Assembly: GCA_051362555.1 (NCBI GenBank)
Contig: CM120647.1
Coordinates: 9,920,001-9,984,000, forward strand
Length of the DNA: 64,000 nucleotides
Source of the DNA: Lingula anatina
Lineage: Eukaryota; Animalia; Brachiopoda
Direction of reading: 5' to 3'
Shown: positions 47,934 to 59,301 of the stretch, piece by piece
How the letters are laid out: the number at the start of each line of letters is the position of its first letter
Position numbering within the stretch: the first letter of the stretch is position 1
Translations under genes and position numbers: made by a program
Notes under the pieces: generated by a model
Seen by the model: the letters and a program-made list of their open reading frames with translations, nothing else
The model's database searches: none
What the model was told of the DNA's origin: nothing

Positions 47934-48092
47934 AAAGGAACATTTGTCTGCGAGCCTGCCATCTTGGTGAAGCGTAAGGGAAATGCTAATCAGATCTGGA
48001 GCATGGAGAAACTGGAGAACAAACTAATCGACATGAGGGAGTTGTATGAGGACAGAATCACCAAAAATCTCCCACTCTCTGTCAGCGATCCG
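47934..48092 (+). CDS. KIF13: KIF13 exon 11 (KGTFVCEPAILVKRK...WSMEKLENKLIDMRELYE)
   Basis: ttcag| and |gtagt; alternative in-frame acceptor at 47880. Confidence 0.9.
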
Positions 48093-49332
48093 GTAGTTAT
48101 ACGTTTGGTGTGTGTGCTTAATGCTTTTACTTATTTTTCCTTTTCAAAGCACCCTGGGATTGAAAACATTGTTGGTTTGGATATTTTTTCTTTGATCATA
48201 TTGTTTATTAGAAAATTTTGATTTGGAAGTAATAAATTAATGTTAAATCTTGTTGGCAAAGGATTACTAACAAAATTGGTGACTGCAAAATTTTTTGCAG
48301 AAACAAAAATTCAAAATCAAGCATGCAAAAAATTAATTTTGCAGCCAATTATGTGGATGTCATTTCATTCATATTTTTTTACAACATGCTTTTAATTGTT
48401 TTAAATTCTAAACTTTTGAGTGACAGCTATTTCCAGAGTGCTAAGAAGTACATACAGTATATTGTAGCTTATGGTTTATTGATGTTTGTTTTTTTCTTTG
48501 GGAAGCAATAGAAATATTTAGTGCTATGTCTGGCCCTTAACATTGTGTGATATATGTATGTACATGTAGTCTTAACATACTAGCTATTATACTTACACTG
48601 TATCTATCTAAAAGGCACTAAGTGGTTGTGTAGAGATTTTAGTTCCTCATTTGCTACATGTGTGTCTAGTATAATAATATATTCTTTATGTTGTGACCTA
48701 ACCTTTCATAAGCTTTTTGGTTCTTGTAAACATCTGCTAGATCTATATCTGAAGTGTATAATGTTAATGGCTGTGTCTGCTTGTGTAGGTATCTGGATAG
48801 TTGTCTAAATATTATAACCAAGTCAGCTCCTGTCATCTGGACTTAATTTAAAAATGGCCTTTGTCTGTATATCTTGTGATTAGAATTTCTAACCATAGGA
48901 AGTGGTCTAATTCCCCTGTTGTTCCACCTAGACTGGATGTGGTGTCTAACAAAATTTTAGTCTCTCTCTGTTGATGTTGCAGCTTAAACAACTTAATAGA
49001 TATGCATATATATTTAAAAACATTTAATTTCCAAATTTTTTAATGATAATATTAAAAAGAATTTGAAGGTGGTTTTAAAATATTTGTTTCATGTAAATTC
49101 TCAGTCTTGCTCATGTTTGAAATCTTAACATGAACTTTACTTGGTCAGAAGTGTTAGAATGATATTTTTTATTCAGAACTTTTATAACTTCTAGTTATTT
49201 TTGAACATTACATTACCTAGTTCTGCCATAAAAAAGACTGTTTCACACTGTCTCTCATTCCTAAAAACATTTCCAGCGTTCATGTATTTATGTTTATTTA
49301 TTAATCCATTAATTTTGTTGTATTTTCTGCAG

Positions 49333-49479
49333 GAGGATGGCCCCGTTCCAAGAGGCGATCCTTTCTACGAGTCCCAAGAAAACCACAATCTGATTGGAGT
49401 GGCTAATGTCTTCCTGGAGTGTTTGTTTTATGACGTCAAGCTGGACTATCAGGTCCCAATTATAAGCCAGCAAGGAGAG
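49333..49479 (+). CDS. KIF13: KIF13 exon 12 (DPFYESQENHNLIGVANVFLECLF...QQGE)
   Basis: tgcag| and |gtgagt. Confidence 0.96.
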
Positions 49480-49739
49480 GTGAGTTATATTTTATTTATT
49501 TATTTATTGTAAATTGTACAACACAAATTGAGACTTTGCAAATAGCATTTTGTAATTTGAAAATTTTGGGTAAAGCCATTGAGATTGACTTATCAAAATA
49601 GAGATTTTGTAAAAAAATTACTAAATTTATTATTGGTGAAAAGTTTTCATCATTTATATTGATATATTTGGTTCATTTTCTTTCATCTGATTTGAACAAT
49701 AAAAGTTTTGATTTTTTATTAGTCTAAATATTCTTCCAG

Positions 49740-49901
49740 GTTGCTGGTCGACTTCATGTAGAAATCTCTAGATTATCTGGTGCTATAGCAAATCGTCACA
49801 CTGACGCCAGCTCAGAGAGCAGCAACGAGAGTAACAGAACGGAGGATGATGAGGACGATCATGTTTTACGTATGGAGCTGGGAGCTCCTATGGTTTGTAA
49901 G
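49740..49901 (+). CDS. KIF13: KIF13 exon 13 (VAGRLHVEISR...PMVCK)
   Basis: tccag| and |gtaaa. Confidence 0.93.
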
Positions 49902-50376
49902 GTAAATGGAGGCAACGAACGAAGGAAAATTTTCTGAAATTTAGGCTTTTATTGGTCTGCAATTCTCTGTGATAATTTAGTGAAATTTCAATTTTAATGC
50001 TACTCTTTATCTGGACTTATGATGGGTCTTCTTCACCATGACTTCTGCTGACCACCGATAGATTGCATATATATATATATATGTAGACAGACTTGCCAAT
50101 TCTTCACCCATATTCTGTGTGTTATTTAGGTCGGACTGTCCTTGTTTTCAGGTGTATTTTTATTGTAAATAGACGTTAGACAATAGATCTACACATTTTG
50201 AGTACTGTCATGTTGGCAACTCCATACAAATATTACAAATTCAAAAATACAGCAATAGAACATTTGCATGTTTTATCCGAGTTATAATCTTCTATCGGGA
50301 TATAGTTGTCTATAGTCTATAGTCTTGTAATCTTCATAACTTTATTTCATAACTTTATTTTATTTATTTATTTCAG

Positions 50377-50547
50377 GTTTATATTCATGATGCGAGGGGC
50401 ATCCCCCCTCATCTCTCCCACTTTGTCTTCTGCCAGTACAACTTTTGGGGACACCCTGAACCCATAGTTGTAGCCCCCATTGTGGACCAGGAAGACAACT
50501 CTAACAAGAAGTCGTCTGGAATAACGGTCAAGTTTGACCATGTTAGA
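50377..50547 (+). CDS. KIF13: KIF13 exon 14 (VYIHDARGIPPHLSHFVFCQYNFWG...VKFDHVR)
   Basis: ttcag| and |gtgagt. Confidence 0.94.
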
Positions 50548-50931
50548 GTGAGTAGATACAAAGATGCTGAATAAAATTTAGTATTGCAGAATCTCTACTT
50601 TTTCTGCTTTATGTATGTTTTAGTCTGAGGTTGAGAAATTTGATAACTTGAAAATTTGAAGTGAAGTGTCACGTTTGATTTTATTGTAGATATGAGCACA
50701 TCTTTGGTGAAATTGTAGTAAGAAACTATTTTTAATGTCTAAAAGGATATAAATATATACAAAGTGAATTTGGATAATTGTTGTTACCTTTTATTGCATT
50801 CAACGTATTAAAGATTAAGAAGTGATCACAATTTCAACTGAATCAGGTCTCCTTATATTTTAAAAATGATATTAAGCTCTGGGGTCTGGATTGCTTTCTA
50901 GTTTACCTACTTTTCTCTTTTTTTATCATAG

Positions 50932-51083
50932 GAATTTAAAGTAAACGTATCAGATGAGTTTATAGAGCATGCATCTGAGGGGGCGCTGTCCATTGAGGTG
51001 TGGGGCCACAGGAGCACTGGGTTCCTAGGTCCATCTCATACACTGGACAGTGTCCAAGCCAAGTACAGGTCACTAGCAGACAG
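50932..51083 (+). CDS. KIF13: KIF13 exon 15 (EFKVNVSDEFIEHASEGALSIEVWGHR...SLAD)
   Basis: catag| and |gtgag. Confidence 0.94.
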
Positions 51084-51462
51084 GTGAGATCATGTGGACT
51101 TGGTGAAATTTTGATTGGGAATTTTTTATTAAGAAGGGAGGGTTCAGTTTAGGAAATGAAATTTTAATGGGAATTTTCTTAAAGGAGGGTGCTGTTTATG
51201 AAATGGAATTCATAAACATTAAAAAAAGTCTTGATTATTTATTCAATTAAAAGGAAAAAAGTGAAAAGTAAAAATGAAAAATAACTTTGATATATAAACC
51301 AGAGGAGACAAAAATTAAGAAAGTTATTGAAATAATGAAGAAAAGAATTAAGATAAAAAAGAGCATAAAAATAGGAAAATATACAAAATAAATCCAGTAC
51401 ATGAACCAGAAAGAAACCAATAAAGGCAAAGATTTTCAGAACAATCCCCGTTTATCTCCCAG

Positions 51463-51595
51463 GTGGGTGGAGCTGGTTCGTAAGCTGGAGATGTGGGTGG
51501 AGATTCACGAGCTGAACGAGGAGGGATCATACACGCCAGTAGAGGTGATGCCAAAACCTGAGGTGCTGACTGGAGGGGTGTTCCAACTGAGACAG
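51463..51595 (+). CDS. KIF13: KIF13 exon 16 (WVELVRKLEMWVEIHELNEEGSYTPVEV...GGVFQLRQ)
   Basis: cccag| and |gtaag. Confidence 0.95.
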
Positions 51596-52116
51596 GTAAG
51601 ATTATAGAGTATCTGGGGTAGAATACAGGGGTGTGTGGAGGGGGTGTGTATGGGAGGGGGGGGGTGCTCACTGGAAGGGTGTTCCAACTAACTTTACTAA
51701 GGCAAGTGAATGGAAGGGATCTCTGGGGTAGAGGGGGGGCAGGGGATGTTCAGGCTGAGACTGGTCAGAGAAATGAGCCTGGGGGTCTAATATCACATAT
51801 ATCAGGCCATACGTACCCATTTTTTTCTGAAAAATTGGACCTTTTTAGTACCCCTATCCCCTCCCTGCTCAAGTTGACCCAACTTGAGAAATGACATCGA
51901 ACCTAGGTCAATTTTTTTTGGAGTCTTTGGAGTAGAATGCAGATTTAGGCAGGTGGGGGAGAGAGGGACTTCCTTAGGTTCATTGTAAATAATAATAATA
52001 ATTTGCGAGTTTCAGGTTAACATACAGTTTGTATTTTAACATGTTTTTCTAAATATTTCATAAAAACAATACAAACTGACCTGAAATATTAATATTTTTT
52101 CAATTCTCCATCTTAG

Positions 52117-52360
52117 GGTCAATCGCGGCGAGTCTTAGTCAAAGTACGCCCAGTCCCCGACTCTGGCACCTTGCCAATCATCTGTGAGGCGGTCACTATG
52201 ATCTCTATGGGTGGAGTGACCGCCAGGTCCAAGCTCCAGAAGGGACTGGACAGTTACCAGGAGGAGGACCTGAAAGTACTGCGAGAGAAGTGGACGCAAC
52301 TTCTGGACAGGCGGAGAGAGTACCTGGACGAGCAGATTAAGAAGTTGGTTGGGAAGGAAG
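52117..52360 (+). CDS. KIF13: KIF13 exon 17 (GQSRRVLVKV...LDSYQEEDLKVLREKW...)
   Basis: cttag| and |gtgagt. Confidence 0.95.
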
Positions 52361-52759
52361 GTGAGTCTCATGATGATGATGATGATGGTGGTGGTATTTT
52401 TTGCAACATTTTATCTCTTTATCTTTAATGTTGAAGCACCCAGGCTGATTATTTATTTATTTATTTTTCCTCCTTCTCAGCCGTGTTCAATGGCACAAAC
52501 TTAGACCCAGATAATATAAAGTAGGACTCAAGGTGAATCCATATTTAATTTTAAAGCACCTAGGTTGATGACCTGAGTATCCTTCATGGTGAACAGTTTC
52601 AAGATCTAACATTGATGTTTTTATGTTTAATGTTTATAGTTTAATTTTTATGACAAATTATCAATTTTATTTTCTACTAAAAATGATAGTTTTTACCTAG
52701 TGCACAATAGGTTCAAATGTTTTTATACTTCACTCAGAATTACCCATTTTATACTGCAG

Positions 52760-52886
52760 ATAAAAGTGATGCAGATAATGAGAGAGAGCAGAACCTGTTA
52801 AACCAGTGGCAGGCTCTGACAGAGGAGAGGGGAACTGTTCTGGTTCCTGAACCTGGCAGTGGCATTCCTGGGGCTCCACTGGACTG
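52760..52886 (+). CDS. KIF13: KIF13 exon 18 (KSDADNEREQNLLNQWQALTEER...PGSGIPGAP)
   Basis: tgcag| and |gtaagt. Confidence 0.94.
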
Positions 52887-53190
52887 GTAAGTATTGGGGG
52901 TGGGTGTGGGGGTAGTAAGGTATTGGGGAAGGGGGGTGAGAAGAACAAGGTTGAGAATAGTAGTGTTGAGAGGGAAAAAGAGGGAGTAATGCTGGCATCT
53001 AAATTTGACACTGTTGTTTTAGGATTCCCCTGTAAGAGGTCAAAGGCAGCTACACTGAAGTAAACTAGACCATAAACTGCGGAAATAATAATAATGTTAG
53101 CTAAAGCTTGGGTAGAACTAGCTATGTAACTTGTCATAAGAGGAAAATGACAACAGTTCTTTATTCTGTTCTCCTTTCTTGTTTTTCTAG

Positions 53191-53246
53191 GACCCCACCT
53201 TGGGGCATGGAGAACCATATACCTGTGATATTTCTGGACCTGAATG
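53191..53246 (+). CDS. KIF13: KIF13 exon 19 (TPPWGMENHIPVIFLDLN)
   Basis: tctag| and |gtgagt. Confidence 0.93.
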
Positions 53247-53386
53247 GTGAGTTTTGTAGTGCTAAAACTTAGTTCTTAGTCTCCAGTAATTGAACCACTC
53301 TTGTAATAGACAAATTACTAGGCTAGAGTATTTATCTATGTATATTTGATATTCTATTTATTTTCTATTCCCCCCCCCCACTATAG

Positions 53387-53505
53387 CTGAGGACATGACC
53401 ATGCCAGAGCAGGGGATCCACGCCGCTGGCGTCAACTCCATCCTACCCAAGGAGTTTGACTCCAAGTTCTTTGAACTGCCAATACTGAAAGCACTGGACA
53501 AGGAT
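53387..53505 (+). CDS. KIF13: KIF13 exon 20 (EDMTMPEQGIHAAGVNSILPKE...LPILKALDKD)
   Basis: tatag| and |gtatg. Confidence 0.92.
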
Positions 53506-53529
53506 GTATGGTTTATTTATTTATTTATT

Positions 53530-53649
53530 CCTTATGAAAAAGTCCTTTAGGATCCTGTAATATCCTATAGGAGCTCATAGAAAAATGGGCCAGTTTTCTA
53601 TAGGCTCCTATAGAATCTTATAGAATCCTGTAGGACTTTTTCGGAAGGG
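53530..53649. mobile_element. Palindromic MITE-like element
   Basis: ccttatgaaaaagtcct ... aggactttttcggaaggg with internal tcctatag subrepeats, inserted in (ttta)n. Confidence 0.55.
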
Positions 53650-53927
53650 TTTATTTATTTATTTATTTTTTTATTGATCTTGTATTTTCAACTCATTTTT
53701 AATGTAACAGAAGAGTTGTTTTTTTATTCTGCCTGATTTTAATTTAAAGATTTGAGCATCACTTTAATAACTATGGTAGCACACTGAAATAGGGAATGCA
53801 TGAATGTGAACAGGTAACACATTTATTTCTATAAAAAAGTTGAATTGTAACTGGCATATGCAACTAATATATAGATCTCGATTAAGGTAAAGTATTATGA
53901 TTTCCTCTGTTGTCATTGTAATTACAG

Positions 53928-54158
53928 GTTGGTGCCATTGCATCTTGGGATTCCTCCATTCACGAATCTGTTCATCTTAATCGGGTCACCCCTGACAACG
54001 AACTGGTGTACCTTATCGTCAAGGTTGTAGTTCGCCTAAGTCACCCAGCACCAATAGATATAATTCTACGCAAAAGGATATGCGTCAGTGTATATAAGAG
54101 ACAGAGTCTTACCAATAAACTGAAGAAAAAGATAGGGGGGATCAATTATTTTAAAGGG
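53928..54158 (+). CDS. KIF13: KIF13 exon 21 (DUF3694-like: ASWDSSIHESVHLNRVTP...LSHPAPIDIILRKRI)
   Basis: tacag| and |gtaag. Confidence 0.94.
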
Positions 54159-54465
54159 GTAAGGTTTATGATGGTAAAAAGGTTTAAGTATAGCACGTCA
54201 GTTTGTTGTTTTTAGTAACATAAGATTTTTATGTTGTTATGAAATATTTTGAAAAATTCACTGTTTAAAAAAAGTTAACATTTGACCAGTAGTGTGAAAG
54301 AGCTAAAAAGAAAATGCAATATAAATTAGCATTTCGATATATTGTCAAATGGAGCAACGTGTGACATAAATCTTAATTATACAATATAAACTTGGCATCT
54401 ATAGGGAAATGTAATTTGTAGATGAAGTAAAAATTAAGCTTTAATAGATAATTAATTAATTACAG

Positions 54466-54564
54466 CACGAGACAATGCAGCGTATCTTGACGGCGGCACA
54501 CATGAAAGAGGACAACCTCTACAGCTCTTGTATCACCTTTGAAGTTGTCTCCAATATACCAAAG
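54466..54564 (+). CDS. KIF13: KIF13 exon 22 (HETMQR...ITFEVVSNIPK)
   Basis: tacag| (second in-frame acceptor possible at 54481) and |gtagg. Confidence 0.85.
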
Positions 54565-54901
54565 GTAGGGGGTACTGATTTCAAGACAAGCTATAGATTC
54601 TAAAATGCATGCCTGGTTTTGATTTCACTGTAAACAGTTTAATTGTGGGTAAAGGCAAACAAATTTTTTGTAGCTGTCTATGAGAAGTTGCTCTAGCATA
54701 TAGCATATTTGAAAAAGAAAAGACAGTGATTGTAAGCCTAATTTTGTTTATATGTTTTTATATGTAGCTGATTTGAGCACCCGATTCCTTAATGCTCTGT
54801 TATACCATTTCTTTCTAAATTTGGCAAATATCTGTTTCTTGCAAAGAAAGAAAATAAATTGGTAATTTTGTCTAACACCATTTATTTATTTGTCTTCTCA
54901 G

Positions 54902-55054
54902 GCGTCAGAAGAGCTAGAAGACAGAGAAACCCTGGCACAGATGGCTGCCTCTCAAAATGAGTCTGGGATGCCAGACGGAGAGTCCTATATCGAGAAATAT
55001 ATCAAGGGCGTGTCAGCAGTGGAAAGTATACTGCTGCTAGACAAGTTAAGACAG
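54902..55054 (+). CDS. KIF13: KIF13 exon 23 (ASEELEDRETLAQMAA...YIEKYIKGVSAVESILLLDKLRQ)
   Basis: ctcag| and |gtcagt. Confidence 0.95.
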
Positions 55055-55393
55055 GTCAGTATCTTGAAGAAATTGCTCACAACTGAATTGACTGCAGAGA
55101 AAAGCAATCGCATTGACATCGCCAGCTGTCTTATTTGTTATAAGTTCTTTTTTGTTTTAGTTATTTTCAGAGAAGTAATCTGTTTTTGAGAAATATTGTG
55201 GATTACGTTACTTAGTATGTAATTTTTCTACCAAAATATTCTTCAAATTTTTACTTTTCTTAGCAGCTCTAAACAGGTTATGATATATAAAATTTGTATA
55301 TTTTTAAAATATTTTAATGTTTGTTTTACCTCTTGTGAAAAGTAATCAATTTAAAAAATGGCATTTTATTTTTTATTTTTTTGTAATAAACAG

Positions 55394-55471
55394 GAAGTGG
55401 CTGTGAAGGAACTGCTCTCGGCAGAAGGACGATCTCTGAAGAAGACATCAAGTGTACCTAATATACAAGCT
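55394..55471 (+). CDS. KIF13: KIF13 exon 24 (EVAVKELLSAEGRSLKKTSSVPNIQA)
   Basis: aacag| and |gtaagt. Confidence 0.93.
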
Positions 55472-56218
55472 GTAAGTTTTCTTTTATTATCACTTACATT
55501 AATAAGTCTTCAAAATAATCTCTTTTTTATTTATTTATTTATTTATTCAGCTTTTATGTGAAGTATTCAGTTGAAAACTGCATGGCCTCACTTTATATGT
55601 GCAACTTGTTTTTCTATAGGCTGTGCACCTTTAATGCAAAGTATTAGTATTATGTGTTGTACTCTTAATTCTTATTTATTTATTTATCTTTTGATATTTA
55701 TTTAGTACAGTAGTCATCTACAGAGCTGTCCATCTTGATAATTTTTAATTAATGGCACTTTTTATCTTTGCTTGTTAGTATGAATGTGTTTAGATTTTTA
55801 TGAAGTATCATTCTGTATTATTTATGCATATTTTTTTCTATTTGAAAAAATTCTCTGCAATTTCCATCATTTTCTTTGCATCAAGTTTGTACATTCCTGT
55901 AAAATGTTCAACAATCCATATAGTAAAATGTGTTCCCCAAGATCTCCTTGACCACTGAAATTTTTACAGTAAAAACCTTGAAAATTCTGTCTCTTGAATT
56001 TATATTTTAAAAGTGTGTCAATCTGTTTTGGCATGGCCAAACTAAGTGACACACTTTTTAAAATTAACGATAGGCCCATGTTCAATGTGAAAAAATTATA
56101 TCAACCGAGAAATGTCTTCTGACAAAATTTTCAGGACTGACTACAATTTTGAGTTTTTTACTGTATCTCTAACTATCTGGTTGGTTGGTCTGTATCATTT
56201 TTGCAGTACCAAAACCTA

Positions 56219-56293
56219 CAGGGTGGTCCATAAAAATGACCTATTTTACTTTCAGTCTTAATTTAAAGTAGGTCATTTTTATGGACCACCCTG
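56219..56293. mobile_element. 75-bp Tc1/mariner-type MITE
   Basis: TA|cagggtggtccataaaaatgaccta ... taggtcatttttatggaccaccctg|TA. Confidence 0.8.
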
Positions 56294-56561
56294 TATTTCT
56301 TTACTCCTTTTTATGATATTGCATGTTTCAGTATTATATTCTGACGTTTTTAGATTCCTATTATGTAATACCTCCCTCCAAGTGTACAGTACATTATATT
56401 GTAAATGTATTGCCTCACAAGTATTGTGTACCTTAGTTTTAACCTAAAAATTGTATTATTTTATTGCCCCTCCTTTCTGTCTCCTCCCCCCCCACCCCCA
56501 CTTGCAATGTAGTATTGACTCTTTAAGTGTGTATTGTTGTTTGTTTGCTTGACTAATGTAG

Positions 56562-56612
56562 GCCTTGAGAATGGACATGTCTCCCCACCTCAGTTCACCT
56601 TTGGACAACCAG
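56562..56612 (+). CDS. KIF13: KIF13 exon 25, small (ALRMDMSPHLSSPLDNQ)
   Basis: gactaat branch-like site, tgtag| and |gtatgt; 51 nt, phase 0-0. Confidence 0.75.
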
Positions 56613-57075
56613 GTATGTGACCCAAGCTGCGTTCACACCAGAATCAACTTAAACATGAGCAGGACTAAATGATATCACCATAGGATAAGAACTGCCTATT
56701 GTATAATTGACTTTAAATGAGCAATCAGGGCCATTGCTATAAAACCTCTGTATGTTTACAATTCTTAGCTATTTCTTTTCTTTGAAACACCTTCCACTAA
56801 TTTAAATCAGTAAGAGGCTATTTCGAAATTTCAAAGCCATTGTTTTGTAAACCTACTTGGATAAAGTAAGGCAATGTTAAGCGAGAAAATACCTTCAGGT
56901 TTTGTCAGTTGGTCAGTTTCAGGTCTAAGTTGATTCAGATGTGATCACAGCCATTTGATATTTGTTTATTGGATGTAGCATGATAGTGTATTTGTTACAG
57001 ATAGTTAACCACACACATATGCATGTAAGAACATGCACGCAGGCATGTTTGAACACACATCTTACATGCACATTT

Positions 57076-57243
57076 CAGGGGCGGATTCAGGGCGTCTTCT
57101 GGATCTTCCGGAAGATGGTCAGATTTTCAAGTTTACATTCATGGGTATCTAATTTTTTCTGTCGGAAGACAGTCAAAAATGAAGAACGGAGAAACAAAGA
57201 TAATTTGGAAGACTGCCAGAAAATATCTCTGAATCCGCTCCTG
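57076..57243. mobile_element. Non-autonomous DNA transposon, hAT-like termini, 5-bp TSD
   Basis: cattt|caggggcggattcag ... ctgaatccgctcctg|cattt. Confidence 0.75.
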
Positions 57244-57974
57244 CATTTGCTTCTGTTGAATGACTTACATTATATACATTTATACACAAATACGTATATG
57301 TATTACACACAATTAAGATGCGCATGCATGCACCCACTTGTACTCAGACTCATTTTGCTTTCACTGTTTTAAGATACAGAATATCATACAATCAAGGCTT
57401 AATGATTAATAATTTATCTGAGTGTTAAAGTATTTGATTTTGCAACTGATTCATTTGTTTTCATAATTGCATTTTCATTTGATAATTTATAGATATTTTA
57501 TTATTTATTTTGTTGTGGCTTTAATTGTTTACAAGTTCTCTGCTTTATTTGCATTTGGAAAGAAAGGGGCTTGTTTCCTGGTTATAGTGTGTCTTTTTAA
57601 CTTATTTTCTGAAAGCATGGCCACATCAGGCTCTTGCTTAAACCAAAAAGAACTCTACAAATTAACTGAAAAATTCACCTACTAGTAACAATATGGAAGA
57701 GTAATATTTGTTATTTTCTGAAGTGAGGTTTGAAAACGAGTGTACTGTCAAAGATAACGAAAGAATTATTTCTGTATGTATAATACTGAATCTGGCTTAT
57801 GTTAAAATGGAGATGAGTTTTAATGCCATGTTGTGTATTTCTTTGTTGGTACCTGTCAAAGTGCACTGGTAAAAACTGAATAGCCTAAGTATACAGACCA
57901 ATATTTAAAAAAAGGCTTTTAAGCAATGACCATGACCAATGAAGTCAATTACAAATTTCTTTTTTTATCTCCAG

Positions 57975-58089
57975 CTGCGGGCAGAGAGTATACAAGATGT
58001 CTCTCAGCTGTCAATGACCTCTGGTGGCAAGAAGGACACACTACGGGAGAGCAAGAGCATGGGAGCTGCCTTTGGATTGGGAAACTTAG
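57975..58089 (+). CDS. KIF13: KIF13 exon 26 (LRAESIQDVSQLSMT...FGLGNL)
   Basis: tccag| and |gtagg. Confidence 0.85.
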
Positions 58090-59073
58090 GTAGGCAGACC
58101 TTTTTCCAGTTGCTCTAGGTAGAATTTTGGTAAAAAATTGGAGAGGTTAGGGTTGTGGCAATTCCAAGGACAATCTGAATATAATATTATCCAGCCCTAC
58201 TGATATCTGGTCCTACAGACAGGATAATTGATACCTTTCTTTTGTGAGAGGTTTTGTCTATACTGACAACTTAACTTGCATGTTTTATTGAAATTTGAGA
58301 AAAGAAGACTTTTAGTAAAAAGATGGCCACATTCAAATATTTTCTATAGGACAGTGTATATCTTATGGGTTGAGCAAAGAAATATTTTTTTGAAATTGTT
58401 AAAGTATAAAGTGTGGCTAACATTCAGCAGGGGTAAATTTTGCATAAATATGAAAAGATGAGACAAAGAAGAAGGAGTAATGACATTTCCATCAAATTAT
58501 CATCAACTGTTTTTTTTTTCTATTTAATTATTTTCACATATGGTTATACTTATACACGAAAAAATGAAACCCTTTAGTTTGCTAACTGCACTGAAAGCTG
58601 ATATGTGTTTGCACATTGTACTAGAACTGTCTTTAAATTGATGTATGTTATACATGTAGAACACAAAATTACTTTGAGGGAAGCATGAGGGAGTTTGGGG
58701 AGGATGATAAACATGCCGCTTTTGTGCTGGCTTTGCCTTGGTGACCTTTGACCTTGGTGGCCTTGGCTTGGTAACCTTTGACCTAGATTTTGTTTAGTTT
58801 TACGAAAAAAGCTATCCTGATGCTACAGTAAAGCTGAAAATGTCGCCTTTCTCACTCTATATTTATTTTTTTCAATTCCTTACATGCATGAGAAAAGGGG
58901 ACCGTTTAAGGCCTTGCTGTAGACACACAGGTTGCCCTTGGTCTTGACCTTGACCTAGATTTTGAATGCTAGAGAAATTGACATGTGCTTGAATCCTTAG
59001 TTAATCTTTGACCTAGATTTTTGACTGCAGCAGGAATTGGTACCACTAACAATGTGCTTGATTCTTTTTACAG

Positions 59074-59301
59074 CTCGCCCTACTTCCTTGGATTTAGGTC
59101 TCAATTTTGTGGGTTTGACCGACTCGCATGAGCACACCACTAACCCTCTGAAGAGGGACCCCGCACGTCTCATGCGCATGTACGCGCCTAAGCCCTATAA
59201 GGGGTTTGATTTTGCCAAACCTAAACTGCGTCGCAGTCTGAGCGGCGGGGACCCCTGTGGGTTGGGGCCGGCGTCGCAAGGTGGTTCAGAGGGTCCATGC
59301 C
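59074..59301 (+). CDS. KIF13: KIF13 exon 27, probable cassette exon (RPTSLDLGLNF...KLRRSLSGGDPC...)
   Basis: cactaac branch point, tacag| and |gtacgt; 228 nt, phase 1-1; donor less certain. Confidence 0.7.

Noticed and set aside
58735-59025. TGACCTtTGACCT DR1-like nuclear-receptor sites (also 24542, 25313-25348)
   Set aside because: TGACCT(T) runs recur through the window as low-complexity or repeat-derived sequence; no independent evidence of function
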